Assembly: GCF_000020225.1 (NCBI RefSeq) | Contig: NC_010655.1 | Coordinates: forward strand, 1,350,001-1,382,000 | Source: Akkermansia muciniphila ATCC BAA-835 | GTDB taxonomy: Bacteria; Verrucomicrobiota; Verrucomicrobiia; Verrucomicrobiales; Akkermansiaceae | Direction: 5' to 3' | DNA length: 32,000 nucleotides | Part shown: positions 31,734 to 32,000 of the stretch, piece by piece | How positions within the stretch are numbered: position 1 is the stretch's first letter | Layout of the letters: each line of letters starts with the position of its first letter | Made by a program: the position numbers and the translations under genes | The notes under the pieces: model-generated | What the model saw: only the letters and a program-made list of their open reading frames with translations | What the model was told of the DNA's origin: nothing | The model's database searches: none

Positions 31734-32000
31734 ATGAAAAATTCCAATAATACTTCCCTGTTCCAAAGGGAACAGGTACGGGAAAGCTTGAAGCAGTCAT
31801 TGATCAAGCTTCATCCGGGAATGATGATGAGGAACCCGATCATGTTTACCGTGGAAATCGCCACGATGATCATGCTTCTGGTAACCGTTTATTCCCTCTT
31901 CAGCGACGGACAAGGGGATTTCCTTTATAATTTCCTCGTTTTCGTCATTTTGTTCCTCACCCTTCTGTTCGCCAATTTTGCCGAAGCGATTGCGGAGGCC
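31734..32000 (+). CDS. kdpB: K+-transporting ATPase subunit B (P-type ATPase), 3'-truncated by window edge
   Basis: ATG 31734, reading MKNSNNTSLFQREQVRESLKQSLIKLHPGMMMRNPIMFTVEIATMIMLL...ANFAEAIAEA. This is a typical KdpB N-terminus, and it sits directly after kdpA. Confidence 0.9.
   Translation, partial: MKNSNNTSLFQREQVRESLKQSLIKLHPGMMMRNPIMFTVEIATMIMLLVTVYSLFSDGQGDFLYNFLVFVILFLTLLFANFAEAIAEA

Noticed and set aside
1-32000. CRISPR arrays, IS elements/transposases, integrases and rRNA genes.
   Set aside because: No regularly spaced direct repeats, terminal inverted repeats flanking a transposase-like ORF, or rRNA-like sequence were seen on either strand.

Overview
This is a 32-kb chromosomal window. 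On sampled lines it is about 55-65% G+C, with sharply AT-rich inserts. Gene content suggests a Verrucomicrobiota (Akkermansia-like) gut bacterium, but that is a tentative impression only.

From left to right:
1. Core genes: a 5'-truncated rsmA/ksgA fused in frame to a Nudix domain, two small hypothetical genes, a Lys/Ala-rich basic protein, a MATE exporter, a TrkH/KtrB-type K+ transporter and tRNA-Leu(CAG).
2. An accessory stretch directly after the tRNA. It holds a stand-alone lysis cassette on the minus strand (holin-like, PG-binding/M15 endolysin, second holin-like membrane protein). It also holds a translationally coupled pair of large genes with no recognisable domains, a divergent sigma-70/ECF-like gene and another unknown gene.
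3. A glycosyltransferase operon: GT4-like, GT11 alpha-1,2-fucosyltransferase-like, and a GT32+GT31 fusion.
4. A 1991-aa RHS/YD-repeat polymorphic toxin lying 120 bp downstream of the glycosyltransferase operon.
5. kdpF-kdpA-kdpB (3'-truncated) at the right edge.

The most interesting part is the RHS locus. Its last ~220 codons and the next ~8 kb are AT-rich. This region contains:
- a GH75/chitosanase-like toxin tip plus a signal-peptide immunity gene;
- an orphan rhs C-terminal cassette with a Tlde1/DUF2778-like tip broken by an in-frame TAG, plus a membrane immunity-like gene;
- a second, internally deleted orphan that ends at an in-frame TGA next to a glycine-zipper peptide gene;
- several small membrane and lipoprotein genes, one of which also carries an in-frame TAG;
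- a third, frameshifted rhs remnant.

The RHS protein shows no recognisable secretion or trafficking domain. It carries a mucin-like Ser-rich linker and a CCRCGCC cluster.

No CRISPR array, IS element, integrase or rRNA was seen.
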